NCBI RefSeq assembly: GCF_964355755.1
Contig: NC_092670.1
Location: forward strand, 21,190,795 to 21,254,794
Length of the DNA: 64,000 bases
Source: Antedon mediterranea
Taxonomy: Eukaryota > Animalia > Echinodermata
Direction: 5' to 3'
The position numbers were made by a program, and so were the translations under genes. The notes beneath the pieces are model-generated. The model was not told the DNA's origin. It was given only the letters and a program-made list of their open reading frames with translations, and ran no database searches. The number at the start of each line of letters is the position of its first letter. Position 1 is the stretch's first letter. Of the stretch, positions 28,901 to 42,000 are shown piece by piece.

Positions 28901-30902
28901 CCACAATAAAAGCACAGGGGGTCTGTGAATGTTATGTAATAAGCTGCTTCGATAGGCAGGGCACATGTCATTTTGTCATTGACAAAAACAATAGAATCGT
29001 CCTCTCCCAGGATGTCTTGAAAACAAGTTCCATATGAATACGACAGTGTGTCCAGTTCTCGTTCCAAGAGCTGCCTTTGGTCACGCTTCAGAACATGTGC
29101 TGCATAACATACTCACCACTTGGAGGCATTCTTCACACTAGAATAAAGAATGAAAAAGAGTAGGTAAATATGGTAAATTCAGTTGTGTTGAAAGAATTCT
29201 GAACATGACAATAATATAATATGATATTATATGACATCCAAAAAGTGAGGGAATATCAATGCATACACACATATTTTAAAACAGGACGTGGGTCATGTAC
29301 CCGAACACGTCCGTAAACATCTAGCCTATATATATGGGACAGTTTCAACCATGGTTTCAACCCAGCCGGGTCGATTCGCCCCTCTATGGATAGGCAAACT
29401 CTACACTCTCTCGCGACAATATGCTAGCCTACAGTTTTGTTACTTCTATATGAACATTTTTACCGAACAATTACTCACCTCCGTAGTTTGGTATTGGTCT
29501 CCTATCGGTCCACCTTGATCGAATTCGCCGCCTGCAAAATCAGAGAAAATGTCTGCGAGAGTACGTCGGCCGTCCACTACACCGTTCTCGCATACCAATA
29601 CCAAGCTTCACGATTTTTGTTGAAGTCCGAATCGAAACACAAATAAAAACCATGTTGTTTATCTACTACAATCTAGTTTAGCAGTATCCTACTAATACTA
29701 TCCTATATCAATTTATTATGTAACAATTGATAAAAGGACTAAAAAGTAGGCCTACCAAGGAACCAATAATTATAAATATTAATAGTGTATACTGTAACTC
29801 AAATGTATAGAATATAGTGATAGAAACAAGGTAGAACCGAAAACATGTGGTGCATTGATGGAGCAATCGTAAACGTTCTCCAAATCCAGTCGTTTTTTGC
29901 TTCACGGCAACATTTTTAAGGAGTAGCGAGCATATAGCGGCTGTGAAAATTCTAATTAGATCCAGACGTTTATGTAAAATATTATACCCATGATGAGTGT
30001 AATTCAAATATTCATACATTCAACGGCAGTGATACCTCTATCAGCGCTGACCTATAATCAAAGAATATGACCTCAAATTTATCGCAGTCGACGATGTGTA
30101 TTGATGGCTCCCGACGGCTGTGGATCACGAAAAAAGAAAGAGCTAGGCCCAGCTTTCGACAAAGGTACAACATAAATCAATGTTTTATATACAAAATATC
30201 GAAATAAAAAATAAAATAAAAATTGATGCGGCCTGAAAAAAGCATGCGGGCGGGGACGATCAACTGTTGTTTTTTTTTATATGGCCTAAAACACGCTTTT
30301 TTACTATTTACATTATTTAACATAACAAGGTTAACACTGGAAGTCATGTCACTTTTTGAACTGTTCAGAGTATCATCTGGGACTTCCCCCTGATATTCGC
30401 ATTGAACAAACAATGTTATCCCTTGTCGCATGTACACCAGCGAAAAAAGTAGACTATGATCATTTTGCTGATTGTTAACATGATATGCGAGTGTCATTTC
30501 CAGCGAACTATAGGTTCCATTTATCATGAATTTTACGTTTGAGAATACCATTTCCGACTATGTAGGGGTCATTTAACAAAATTCGCTTCGCCATTGCGCC
30601 CCAACCATGGTAGAGTTGAGTTTGTGTGGACTCTCTACAGTTTCCCTCCACCCCCTTTCAGAAATCCTGGATCCGCCCCTGTCATACCTCTCATCTAACC
30701 GGCTTATTCGAAGTATGCAGGCTTGACAAAACCTATGGCCGCACTTTGTCTGTACAGGGTTCTTCATAACCGACAGGCAGATTGGACAGTGGTATTTGCG
30801 ATCAGGAATTGGGTCAAAGTTGACATCACCATATCCATAATCATTGTCTAACGAAGGTGGCGTTGTATGTGATGTGGATGATGCTGCTGGTTGTGAAGCC
30901 AT
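16945..30902 (-). CDS. TRAF6-like RING + TRAF zinc-finger + coiled-coil protein (~320-330 aa), no MATH domain found
   Basis: Phase-consistent GT-AG exons: 30902-30688 (YGDVNFDP..KYHCPICL..PVQTKCGHRFC), 28129-28072 (KCPVDN), 27947-27843 (LFDDVAIKREILGLKCVC), 27670-27512, 27298-27221, 27089-27006 (TRAF zinc fingers), 26491-26349, 26066-25998 (coiled coil). The end is either 17727-17676 (IKPLEKFMLKLPTEDQ-stop) or 17727-17680 plus 16978-16945 (QYNFVKPENCK-stop, AATAAA at 16903-16908). Confidence 0.85.
18710..19570. mobile_element. MITE with ~300-bp TIRs and 10-bp TSD (Mutator-like)
   Basis: gggtgtgtagaaagcgacgacc...ggtcgtcgctttctacacaccc, flanked by agttgttagg at 18700-18709 and 19571-19580. Confidence 0.85.
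20422..22620. mobile_element. TIR element with subterminal 21-bp NotI-containing tandem repeats
   Basis: TIRs cctacggaagcccgttcgggccacaag / cttgtggcccgaacgggcttccgtagg flanked by TA (or GTAC with termini 1 nt further in). Unit ttaagtggcggccgccagata: 3 copies on the left (~20470-20540), ~18 on the right (22199-22572). Confidence 0.85.
20875..22175 (+). mobile_element. Deleted hAT-superfamily element with degenerate transposase C-terminus and 5-bp TSD
   Basis: Perfect 15-bp TIRs caggggcgcagccag / ctggctgcgcccctg; gtaca at 20870-20874 and 22176-22180. Internal FPNVRALLLIA*AMPVTSAEAERSFSTL..LSGLCLMNIH resembles the hAT C-terminal dimerisation domain and is interrupted by a stop. Confidence 0.88.
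23536..24245 (+). mobile_element. DINE-1/HINE-like (Helentron-associated) non-autonomous element
   Basis: (GACC/GACA)n microsatellite 24180-24210 followed by terminal hairpin agtcgcg-tcca-cgcgact at 24225-24242. The 5' boundary is approximate. Confidence 0.55.
24617..25666. mobile_element. Short palindromic MITE family (agctctgtctacact...agtgtagacagagct); this copy is split by an insertion
   Basis: Other copies at ~40905-41048, 43168-43315, 47910-48050 and 63228-63378 share the gatgtgccca/catatcact core. TTAA-like flanks and AG..CT ends suggest a Kolobok type. Confidence 0.7.
24728..25637. mobile_element. ~910-bp MITE nested in the short MITE (possibly PIF/Harbinger)
   Basis: TIRs cgcccgtattctgaaaccggactttagtcgtagttcga / tcgaactacgactaaagtccggtttaagaatacgggcg; TAA-like flanks. 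Confidence 0.8.
26136..26279. mobile_element. Tc1/mariner-type MITE
   Basis: TA|cagtcaactctc...gagagttgactg|TA. Confidence 0.8.
28245..30681. mobile_element. hAT-like composite element filling most of the first coding intron of the TRAF-like gene
   Basis: Ends cagtggcggattt...ggatccgcccctg; flanks taata/tcata (5 bp, one mismatch). Contains further fragments, e.g. taccgtatttt at 28551. Confidence 0.6.
28786..29140 (-). pseudogene. Frameshifted Cys-rich fragment, probably transposon-derived
   Basis: CEEC..W upstream but out of frame, then YSYG..VFVNDKMTCALPIEAAYY..LCFYCG..YPLYCSECK. Lies inside a TIR element. Family not assigned. Confidence 0.45.
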
Positions 30903-31392
30903 GAGTCCAACTCTAAAGAAAAAAGACAGTAAATAAAATGTGAATATTCAGTGAAGACTTTACAGCGCCGTATCCAGCATAAAGCAGATAAAGCTGAAAT
31001 TTTCAGTTTTCACCACAAACCCCCAATCCCTCAGCACAGCTTGTCATACGCTATGGTCTTGCTTGATGACTGAATTTTTTATTGTGCATGATAGTGTAAA
31101 TTAAAAAGTAGAAGTATTACAAAATACAATCAAGTTTTAAAGAAATTTTACAACTACAAGTTAAGTGGGTTTTCAATAAATACCTCACTCTACAGAGTGG
31201 CACAGACTGATTAGTCAGCTCGGCAAAGCATCTTTGGGACTCTCCCACCCCTTCCCAGAACAGTAGGCTGCTGGGTAGGTAGTACGTCAGTCTACTAGAG
31301 TAGAAGTATGCATAGGAAAGTAATAATGTAAGCCTAGTAGTAGTAGTAGCTAGTACTTAGTAGGCCTAGTTAGAAGCTAGAGCCTATATATA

Positions 31393-32190
31393 TGTTATGC
31401 GCGATTTGAACGATTTGCGCAATTTGAAATTGCGCAAAAAAAATCCTTGCGCAATTTGAATTGAAATTGTGTTTCAAATTGCGCAAGCAACGTATTAAAT
31501 TGCGCAAGTAATCTGCAAATTGCGCAAGGTTTTTCGACAGATTGTGAAATCATGCACACCCATATTTTTATAGTAATTTCTAAGAATGATTCAAAATTAA
31601 AGATAAATATCGCATTTCCTTATTTTAGTAGTGCAAATATTGTTATAAGTTAGCATACCGTCGAAGAACCGACGAAGGAAAACGAAGCGGTGGTGTTCCA
31701 CCAGGCGGGCGCGGCGCGGGCGGTCGGCTATACTACTCTAGCCTAGCTAGGGTCTGGACTACTGATACTGACTAGGTTACATGGCCTAGCTTAAACTAAT
31801 ATTAAAAACTTAAAAAGTGAGTATTAAACATTATCTTCATTGAAATGGTCTTATTTATATAATAAAATACTAAATTTTAAACTCCTCTGCCTAGGCCTAG
31901 CATAGCCATGTATGGAAAAATTTACAGTTCGTTTTCAAATTGCGCAAAGGTGTCATATTGCGCAAGAACTATCTTGCGCAATTTACAAATTGTGCAGCGC
32001 AATTTAAAATTGCGCAAAGATTTTCTTGCGCAATTTGAAATTGCGCAAGTTGATTGCGCAATTTGAAATTGCGCAAAAAAATCCTTGCGCAATTTAAAAT
32101 TGCGCAAGAATTCTTTGCGCAATTTCAAATTGCGCAAGGATTTTTTTGCGCAATTTCAAATTGCGCAAATCGTTCAAATCGCGCATAACA
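31393..32190. mobile_element. TIR element with TGT...ACA ends in a TA run (Ginger-like), arms rich in TTGCGCAA
   Basis: tata|tgttatgcgcgatttgaacgatttgcgcaatttgaaattgcgc... and its mirror ending gcgcataaca|tata; about 20 TTGCGCAA palindromes. Confidence 0.85.
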
Positions 32191-32919
32191 TATATATTAA
32201 TAGCTAGCCAAAGCCACTCTACATACAGTGAATACAAACAACGATAGCATAAATTGGTGTAAAGTGTACAGTGTAGTAACTGTGTACCTACCTATAATCC
32301 GGTCCTACTAAACAATCAATCAATATAATCTTATCAAAATGAAGTTTTCAGACTGTTTGATAGGAAACACCTACAAAAGAAGAGAAAACTGAGAGTGTCT
32401 GATCACCACGACCTCCACCTGGTGTCAAGTGTAAACATGTGTTTGAAATTTTTCGCGCGCGTATTACTAAACAGCCAATTAAAACAAAGAACTTATTTAT
32501 AACAAAATAATTAACCCAAAATTAGAATAATATATAAATATTGTTTAAAATGTAATGACCTGAATATTTAAAACACATTAAAACGTTTAGTAGAAATAAA
32601 ATAAATTTTTAATTTGATAATGAAAGATATTAATTTGATTAGTAAAAAAACAAGAGAATATGGCCTATATAATAATTAATACATTATTTATTTGTTGGCA
32701 TCGAGTCCTCCTCCTCCTCCTATACAAAAATAAAATAATCTCACATAAAAAATCCACTCTATTTTACTATTAGTCTCTAGAGTTGTTGCTCATGTTGCCC
32801 ACTGATTGATTTTTTAAAATATTATAGGCCTAGTATGTATATATTAATTAGTATGATTTTAGGGCCACGAGTTTCTGGTACAATATTAACTTGTTTAGTA
32901 TTTCTGAATTCAGAACGTA

Positions 32920-33065
32920 AACAATTCCACGTGCGAAATGCCCACAATCTGGGATTCCCCGTCACGTGACTTCATTGATCTGTCAATTAATTACTGACGT
33001 CATGATCAGGATGCGTAAGAGCTATGCGCAGTAGTATATGCGCGGGCTTGTAATGTTTTGGCAAG
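32920..33065. promoter_or_regulatory. unk promoter, within the divergent TRAF-like/unk region
   Basis: CACGTG 32928, GGGATTCCCC 32951-32960, GTCACGTGAC 32961-32970 and TGACGTCA 32995-33002, just upstream of the unk ATG at 33066. Confidence 0.65.
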
Positions 33066-36000
33066 ATGCCGTCCGAGCAGCAGAAATCTGCTAATAGTAA
33101 CCTAACAACTCAGCCTGAAAAGCCTTTTCATTATACGTAAGTATAAAAATTGTATTAAGTTTTGTTCTTCAAGCATTTAGGATGAATAATATGCAACTGT
33201 CATGAATATTTACCGTATTTAACATCATTTAATTTACAGATACTTGAAGGAGTTTCGGACTCAGCAATGTCAGGATTTCTTGCAACACAAGTGCCCAAAC
33301 CATCGTCCGTTTACTTGTTTTCATTGGCATTTTATGAATCAAAGGCGGAGAAGACCTATACGTAGACGAGATGGAGTATTTAATTATAGTCCTGATGTTT
33401 ATTGTACAAAATATGATGAAACTACAGGAATATGCCCCGATGGAGAAGAGTAAGTCTATTTTGAATTTTCGCATCGCGATTGGTTGAGTGGTTGTTATTT
33501 TGGTCGCCATATTGTAATGGGGTTGCTCGCTACATGTTGTTGACACACAGAAAATCGTATTATTGTCGTTGAAAAGAAATCCTAGTGTTTATTTTATTGC
33601 GATGTTTACCCCCGATTTTATAACCATATAAGCATGTAACATAATTTAATAGTAACATTTTGATTGCAATTGCTTAATTTTATAGAAAAATTAACGTTTT
33701 AAATTCACAAGGTATTCCGTGTTTGTATTTGGATTAGGCGCGCAATACGGCGGTCGTGTTCAATTAAGCAGTTATGTGAGGCATCACCAGTTGTTTAAGG
33801 GAAACGTAATTGGGAATCCCTCAGTTTCAGGGGCCTAAACTTAATGATGTTAGTTTTTACACATCTTTGAATATGTAAATGAATTTTTATACAACTGAAA
33901 ATGTTTATTATTACACTACACAACAATGTAACTTTTTTTAAAGCAAAGAAATAAATTTAAATAAATAATGCTATATATTATATTGAATATTGCTGTGTTT
34001 TTAGTGTTAAAGTTTGAGTAGAGACATGATAAAGATAGATGGATAAATTTTACTGTTGTGGGAATTATTACTATCAGGATTTTTCTAAATCTTTCAATAA
34101 TTGTATAAATTATCATTCTAATTTTGTACAATAATATTGGCATAGGCCTAGTCTGTTATTTTACAATTTATGAATTTTCAAAATATATTTCTGGGTAGAC
34201 ATATAAAGCAAACTAGAATAGGGTCAAGTGGAGCTAAAATAAATGATAGTAGATTAAATGGTATACATAACATAAATTATCAGCCAGTCATCCTTCTCTT
34301 ATTGTCTAAATAAACTTCTTCTAAGTTAATTTACAACCCACCAATAAACTTATCAGGTACACCCCATTCTTCTACAGTAAATAAGCCTCAAAATGTATAT
34401 ATTACTGTAATTTATCTCTGAATGTATTAAAGTGAGTGGTCTGTGTCAATGTCATCATTAAATTAATTAAATTTCTTATATCTAGTCTGAGATAAATAAC
34501 AATTTATTTTTACACACATTTATAAGGACAATTACAGTATCTATTCTTTCCTAAAGTATAAATGAGTATACTGTAGTAAAATACAAACAAAAATTGTTAT
34601 GCTGTCAAGAATGGGTGGGGATGGGGGTGGAGAGGCATTTTCTGTGAAATAAATGTCTATTATTATAGTATAGGGAAACCCATTAAATGATGTTGGTACT
34701 CAAGTTTAAATACAAGTTCATGTTCAAATGTGAAAAGTAGAGAAGAGTCCCACATTTGATACTTGGTAATCTTCAGTATAGTTGATTGAAAACACAATTC
34801 TTAAAATAGTTTGTTATTGTCACTATTATCATCTGTGTTAGCCAAAATAGAATTTCAGGAATAAAGACATCCGGATGAGATTAATTTAGAATTTAGATCC
34901 TTTTTTGCTGTAATAATTTATTGCTCAAAGAATTGTTGTTAACAAAAACTGTAACAAGACCTGTGTAAATAAATAGGTTAAGTTTTCTTTGACTTTTGGC
35001 AGTTAATTATATTTACATAGTACCACAAGCATTTCTTTGCTTAAAATAAATAATTATCAAAATGTCCTATTAAGATTTAACATACCAACTTTCACGCATC
35101 TGTAATAATAGAATTTGTAGGCTTAGTGAAAGGTTCCAGAGAAAAACATGTTTTGACAGTACTTGTACAGTAGGCCACAGTAGTAAAAATAGATAACTGT
35201 ATGATCTTGGCCTCAATAAAGAACTTAATAAACAATGTTGAATAATAATAATTCTGAGATTTTCTAACCATTTAACTGTATATCAGTAGTAGTGGGCTAG
35301 TTGAAAATAAAATGAGAGTATTAGCCTTGTATATTTCATAAATTAAGTCCTAGAATTAAGGCTAGCATTCAACACATACAGTAGTAGGTCACAAAGCAAA
35401 CAAACAAGTCATTGCAAAATATAAATATATACCTTTTGGTTAATCAATTTGTCCACAGTGTATCAATTGTTCTGTTAAGTATAATATAATGCAAAACATG
35501 ACATCACTCATGAGGTATTTCCCAGCACATAATCATTTTCTAACAGTGAATCACACTGGGTTGGCTTATTGTAGATAAATTAATGGGCTTTCCTGACCTC
35601 ACATATATGACCCTTGACTTTAAAGATGTATTGTCCCCCAAAAAATGAAAAATAAAGATGAAAAAAATCAAATTTTGAATAGACCCTTTTGTAGTTAACA
35701 TAAAGTTATTCACTTCCACCGAAAAAAAATCCGAAAAAAATATTGATTTCGCTTATAAAAAAATCAAAATAAGTTTACCATTTTTTCGAACTCATCGGCT
35801 CAGAAATTAGGCCGGTAGAGCTAACTCATACATATGCATGATATGTTAATGAGCATCCACACAGCAGAGATCTGATCTAACAATGGACGATGCACGTTGT
35901 ATGTACAACACCACCAGAGATCGACGCGACTCGACTGTGGGTTTCCCTGGCCTGATCGTATAATGTAAAGCTGAGCTGTTAATTTGTCGGTAAGTAGGCC

Positions 36001-39000
36001 TAGACGGTTATTTTAAATATAATAATATATATAACGCAATAATAACAGGAAGGTAAATTAATTAACTTAGCCTGGGATTTTTTCAGTTCAGGGCTAGGCC
36101 TAGAATAATTAATACATGCTGCTGCATATTACTAGGCTAGTATTAGCAAGCAGACTGTGACAATCGGGTCCCTGCAGAATATGCCCAGCTAGGCCCTATA
36201 CGTTGTACTCTTCATAGACTGGCCTAGGCTATATGCCATCAATCTTAGCTACATTCCGAAAATACAGCCAGCTTGCTGTACCATATATATTTACAGTTGA
36301 AGCTTGTTTAACTAATTTTTATGATAAAAATAAAACAAACATTTTTCAGGGAAAATGGTTGCAATACAAGCCTGAAATTGAGAACCTTCCAGCAGCACTG
36401 TACAAGTAGACAGAGGGGAAAAGCCAGCTTAGCCATTTTACAACACAAACAAATGTTCTCTGTACTGTAGTAAGTCAAATATTTATTTTCTCTTTTTATA
36501 AGTTATAACATTATAAGTAATGTGTTTTAATTACCATAGAAAGGTAGTATACTTATTTGACTATGTCAAAGTAAGCAATTTCACTAGCCCAATTATGCAT
36601 GATCTATTTTTTCCAGATTTTCATACTTTGCTTTTACTTTTTTTAAAGACGTTGAGCTGATGAAGACTGGAACAGAGGTCACCCAAAGACAACAATGATA
36701 GACTCAGTATTGGAATATGATTGGATATTGCAGGAAAAATATTTCCGACTCTCCTGCTGCATTCGGCCAATATGTTCTTGTCCAGCTTGTAAAATATTGT
36801 ATAATTTTTTTTGTATTATATGTACAGTATATTATTTTGTAAACATAACATTCAATAAATAAAAAAAAACTACTACAACAGTACACAGGATAAATTCTTC
36901 AAATTTACTTACACTTCATAATTTTACTGTAAATATTACAGTGCAAAAGGAGTTAATAAAATATATATATACAGTATATCTTATTGAATTCCTATATTGT
37001 TTTTTGTGTCAATTTGTCTACTAATTATCAATGTGTTGATTGTGGCAGTAATTACGACAGCTATAGTCTTCTAAGATCGCTCACATCCATTACAAAGTGT
37101 CATTTTAATAGTAAGAAACGTTTCAATAAATTGTGAATGTTGCCACTGTACGATACATTTTATGTTTCTCACTACTTGCTCTTATTGTTCAATCAATCAA
37201 CCTAAAAAAAAAAGAAATTTGTGTCAAAATATCTGCATAAAATGTTTATTTGCGGAATGTTAATTTGAACCTATTGCATTTGATACAGAAAATATTTTTA
37301 AAATATTGCATCAGTAAAACATCCAAAACAATATTTAGATTTTCTTCTTTTTTTTAATTTTCACTGCCGAATAGATAGTTGAAATCTTTAAAAATTAAAC
37401 CAATTCATTATGATAGAAGCAAAAATACATCTCTTCTGGTGGTGGTCTACTGTAGCCCTAGCTAGCAGTGTACTGCCTAGGCCTACTACACTCTACTTCT
37501 AGAGACAGAAGTAGGCAGCAGTTAGGCTACTCGAGACTGTCAGTGCTAGTAGTAGTAGTAGACTAGTAGTAGTACAGTAGCAGCAAATTCGGGCCTAGGC
37601 CTTGCTAGGCCTCTCCTGTTAGCGAAACAAAAACTCACCTAAATGAATAACATTCAACATCAAAGTTACCAACTGTAATTCTAACTTAGCATTCTGCTAG
37701 CTATAGTTTTCGTGTTTTCTTCAAGATTCGTCTCGCATCACTACTCGACTCTCTCGCACGCATGCATTGCTATCGTTGTTGGCTGTTGATTTGGAAAGCA
37801 TCATCATCCACATGATGTATCCATACAATATGAATATTTATGAGCTAACTCAGGTCAAGGGTTAAATTAAACCGGAACACATTTGTCTTCCAGACAAATA
37901 GCTTCCGGTTGGTTAATTTTTGCATTAAATTGCGATTTTCCCGTGTAAAAAATTATTTTTTTCAATCCAAATTGAGGTCAAAGTGAATAACTTTTATGTG
38001 CAATTAAAATGGCAAATTCAACAAAAATATTGAAAAAAAATTTTTTTTCAGGGGGACAATACATCTTTAATTCATTGTGGTTATTAAAGATTTTTAGATT
38101 AAGAATTATGAATTAATCAATTAGGCAATTATATGCCTGTATAGTGAACTCTGTAAACACCAACGCTACTGTAGATCATACATTGTCTATTTTTTTATGT
38201 AAGCCATCATTTTTTAAAAAGATACCTGCCAACAATTATGTATATAGTAGTTAGTATTAGTTTAAATTATACTGTTAGTAAAAAAAACTGTGTAAAAATG
38301 TTGCTGAACTTGTAATGTAAAGGTTGTCATAAATGTGTTTGATTGCACACAGTAACTTTGTGCAAACGTCATATCTTGTCAATATTGGATTAGACAAAAT
38401 ATAAAAAAACCACAAATAATAAATCACCACTTAAAATATTGGACAAAACACAGACAGACATTGGTTTATTGATTACAAATTAAAATCTTCATTTAATAAT
38501 AATAATGATAGGTAAAACCAACTAATAGTCCTAGGTTTGTGTTTACAGTATACCATGATTAGTTTTGGTGGTCAGCACATAGTTTCAGTAAATCGTCATA
38601 AATTGCCTTTGTGTTCTTGCGTATCTATTTTTATCATACAGGATAATAACCTGCTAACAATGGACAAAATCCAGAAAACAGTTTGGCAGATGGCCACTGC
38701 TTAAAACTGTTAATAGACGAAACAGATGAAGATGATAATATTATTATGTTACTGTTTTTAGTCAATAAATAAAGACATTTTTTATTGGGAGAACTTACTA
38801 TGTAAACTGGTGAAATACTTTTATTCGATAGATTTGATTATAATTTATTTGGAAAATCAAAAAAATACATACAAATATTATTATTACTGACATTACAAAT
38901 AAATGCATTTTATAATTTAGAAGATGTTCCAGAACAGCTTTAGTTTATTTCCAATAAGATCCTTGATTCTTGTTAATTGTAAATTTGAATTGTTGTTATT

Positions 39001-42000
39001 TATGTGGTATCCTGTATTATACAAATTATTAAAGATATATTGTCCCTCTGAAAAAATAATTTGTTTTACTTTGAAACATTATTTACCTGAGAAAACCGTA
39101 ATTTAAAGCAAAAAAATTGTCAAATTGTCTGTCAGACAATTAATTTTTGGTCAGTCAGGGTGAAAATGGCAAAAGGTTTCCTACTTTCTAGGATTTTTAT
39201 TAGATAATCTTAGTGTTTTGACTACTATTTTAACTTGACCACAGTTCTGATTTTTCCATTTTTCCTCTAACTGTGGTTTAATTAACTGATTTTTATTTTT
39301 AGAAGTGAATCATACAGTATAAAATTTGGTTTTTTTTCTTATGGAAGTGAATAACTTCATTAATATTGCAAATGGCCTATTCAAAGTCTGATTTAAAATT
39401 TTTTATGATTTTAATATCATTTATTGTAATTATATTTTCTGTAATTAATTAATTTGGTTTTTATTTTAGGTGTGCTTATTTACACCGCACCACTGGTGAC
39501 ACTGAAAGACGTTACCACCTCCGTTATTACAAAACCGGCACATGTGTGCACGAAACCGACGCTAGAGGTCACTGCGTGAAGAATGGTCCTCATTGCGCAT
39601 TTGCCCACGGGCCTCATGACTTGCGGCAACCTGTTTACGATGTCCGTGAATTAATGGCGCAGCAGGACCTGCAGCAGCTGCAGCAAACATCGCCCTCCGA
39701 GACTTTGTCTACAAACGGTAGCGCTGTTAATCCAACTACCACTACGTTAGTTGATAAGGATAAGACTGTACAGGTTGATGATCCAAAATGGCAAGGTGAT
39801 TAAAATATTTCATAAATTTGATCCCTCATTTAAAAAGCCAAAAATAGAAATGAAAAATAAACTTATGCTTTTTAAACAATGTATAGTTATGATTTATTTA
39901 TTGTTATAATTACTTCCCGTCTTATTTCCAGTATTTTGAATTCCTCCTCTCCTATTGCAAGACTAGTTATTTCACATAAATAAAATAAATAGTCTCATTT
40001 TGGCATATCAACCAGGCTTTGAACAAATGTTGTAGCTAGACAAAAACCTCACTAAAAATCATATTCAGACGACTAAACACAGTAGTTGACCTATTTATAA
40101 TGACCTTTGCGGATATCACATTATTACATTACTTGTCATTTGACACTATCACATCATGTGACTGATGACTCATCAGGGGAAATCCATGATATTTATTTCA
40201 CAAAGTTAGCAATGTGACAGTTAATTGATGAGTACTAAAATTGAATGTGCCTTCATTTAATCATTCATCAATTATAAATTTACATTAATAAATATAACAT
40301 GACACTAAATTAGCGAGTGTGGCATAGAAAGCATACTTAATGGCTATTATTTACAGTGTTTATTTATGTACAGTATGAAATAGTGATATTACTGTACAGT
40401 AGTTCCTACTGTTCAGCCTCATTTAAACATGCTAGCAAAGTTGTATTCAGATTAGTTTACATTTACTAACCAGTTATTACAACCTACTTTAAATAATGAA
40501 CTCTTTTCTAGAGAAATTTGACAGTTCTTTTCAGAACTAATATACATGGTGTACCGCAAACTTTATATCATCAACATTTGATTTCGCCATGCAAACCTTC
40601 AAACAATATATTACTGAAAGTTTAAATAATGTGTCATTTATCCTTTTGTATTATGTTTTTCTAGATACGAATCATGTTTTAGCCTACTATAAAACAGAGC
40701 CTTGTAAAAAACCACCTCGGTTATGTAGGCAAGGGTATGCGTGCCCTCATTATCACAATGCCAGAGATAGACGAAGAAGCCCTAAGAAATTAAGATGTTA
40801 TAGGTATGTAACTGTTGCAAAAATAAGTAAAATTTACTCTTGAATTTTGTTTATTTGTATACAGTACTGTTTTTTTTAATTAAGAATAAGTATTATTTTA
40901 ATACCCTGCCTACACTAGCAAAATTTATGTGACAAAAAAAAATTTGATGTGCCCATATAAGGACATATGATGTCATATCACTGTCTTGATAATTGAGTAC
41001 ATCACACTTTTTTTGTCAAACTAGTTGGATAGTGTAGACAGAGCTTTAACCAAAAACCCTTTTTGCATTTGCTAGTTCATCCAGGCCCTGGTCTGGTTGA
41101 TGTCATATCAGAGTATTTTTTTATGATCATAATAAAATTATAGTTTTTCGAAAAACATTTTCTATCCAACTTATTTTCACAGGTCAACACCCTGTCCTAA
41201 TGTGAAACATGGTGATGAGTGGGGTGAGATTTCTAATTGTGACCAGGGTGACAATTGTTTATATTGTCACACAAGGACTGAACAGCAGTTTCATCCTGAG
41301 ATATATAAATCAACCAAGTGTAACGATATGCAGCAGACAGGATATTGCCCTCGTGGGCCATTTTGTGCCTTTGCGCATGTAGATCGTAAGTATACGTAAC
41401 CTGCTTCAAATTTGTGCAGAGAGTGAATGAATAACTGAAACTTTCAATGTTCACCATTTAAACATAAGAAAACAGTGAAGAAGCATTAAAGGGGGATTCT
41501 GGGTTTAAAATTGCTTTTAAATATCGTTTATTTATTAAATAAAAAATGTTATAACAATATAGACATGTCAGAATGAAGAAATAATAACGAGAAATTAAAA
41601 GAATTAAATTTCATATACATTTTAGGGTAAATTCCTGGAAAGTCTGGTTTTCAGCAGCTTAGGGAAGCTCATTAATATTCATGAGATATTCACAAAATCA
41701 CGTCATCAGTGGATTCCAAACTCGCGACGTCATGTACGTTGTGTTTGTCAACTAAATTTACATCTCTCTCCCCCGTCAAACGACGACCACCCGATCATTG
41801 TGAAATACATTTTTTGTAGATTTTCTAAGCTAGGCCTAAAGTGTAATAATAATAACAGTAGTAGCATATATTTATTTGACATTTAATGAAATACAAAATT
41901 TAGTACAGATTACGGAGTCATAAATTATATACCATTTTTATACCTCGAATAGTACAGATCGTACTAGGCTAGGCCTAGCCTAAATCATTTTTTTTCATGG

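Noticed and set aside
31922-32137. LRN/AQF repetitive ORF
   Set aside because: Translation of TTGCGCAA repeats in a transposon arm.
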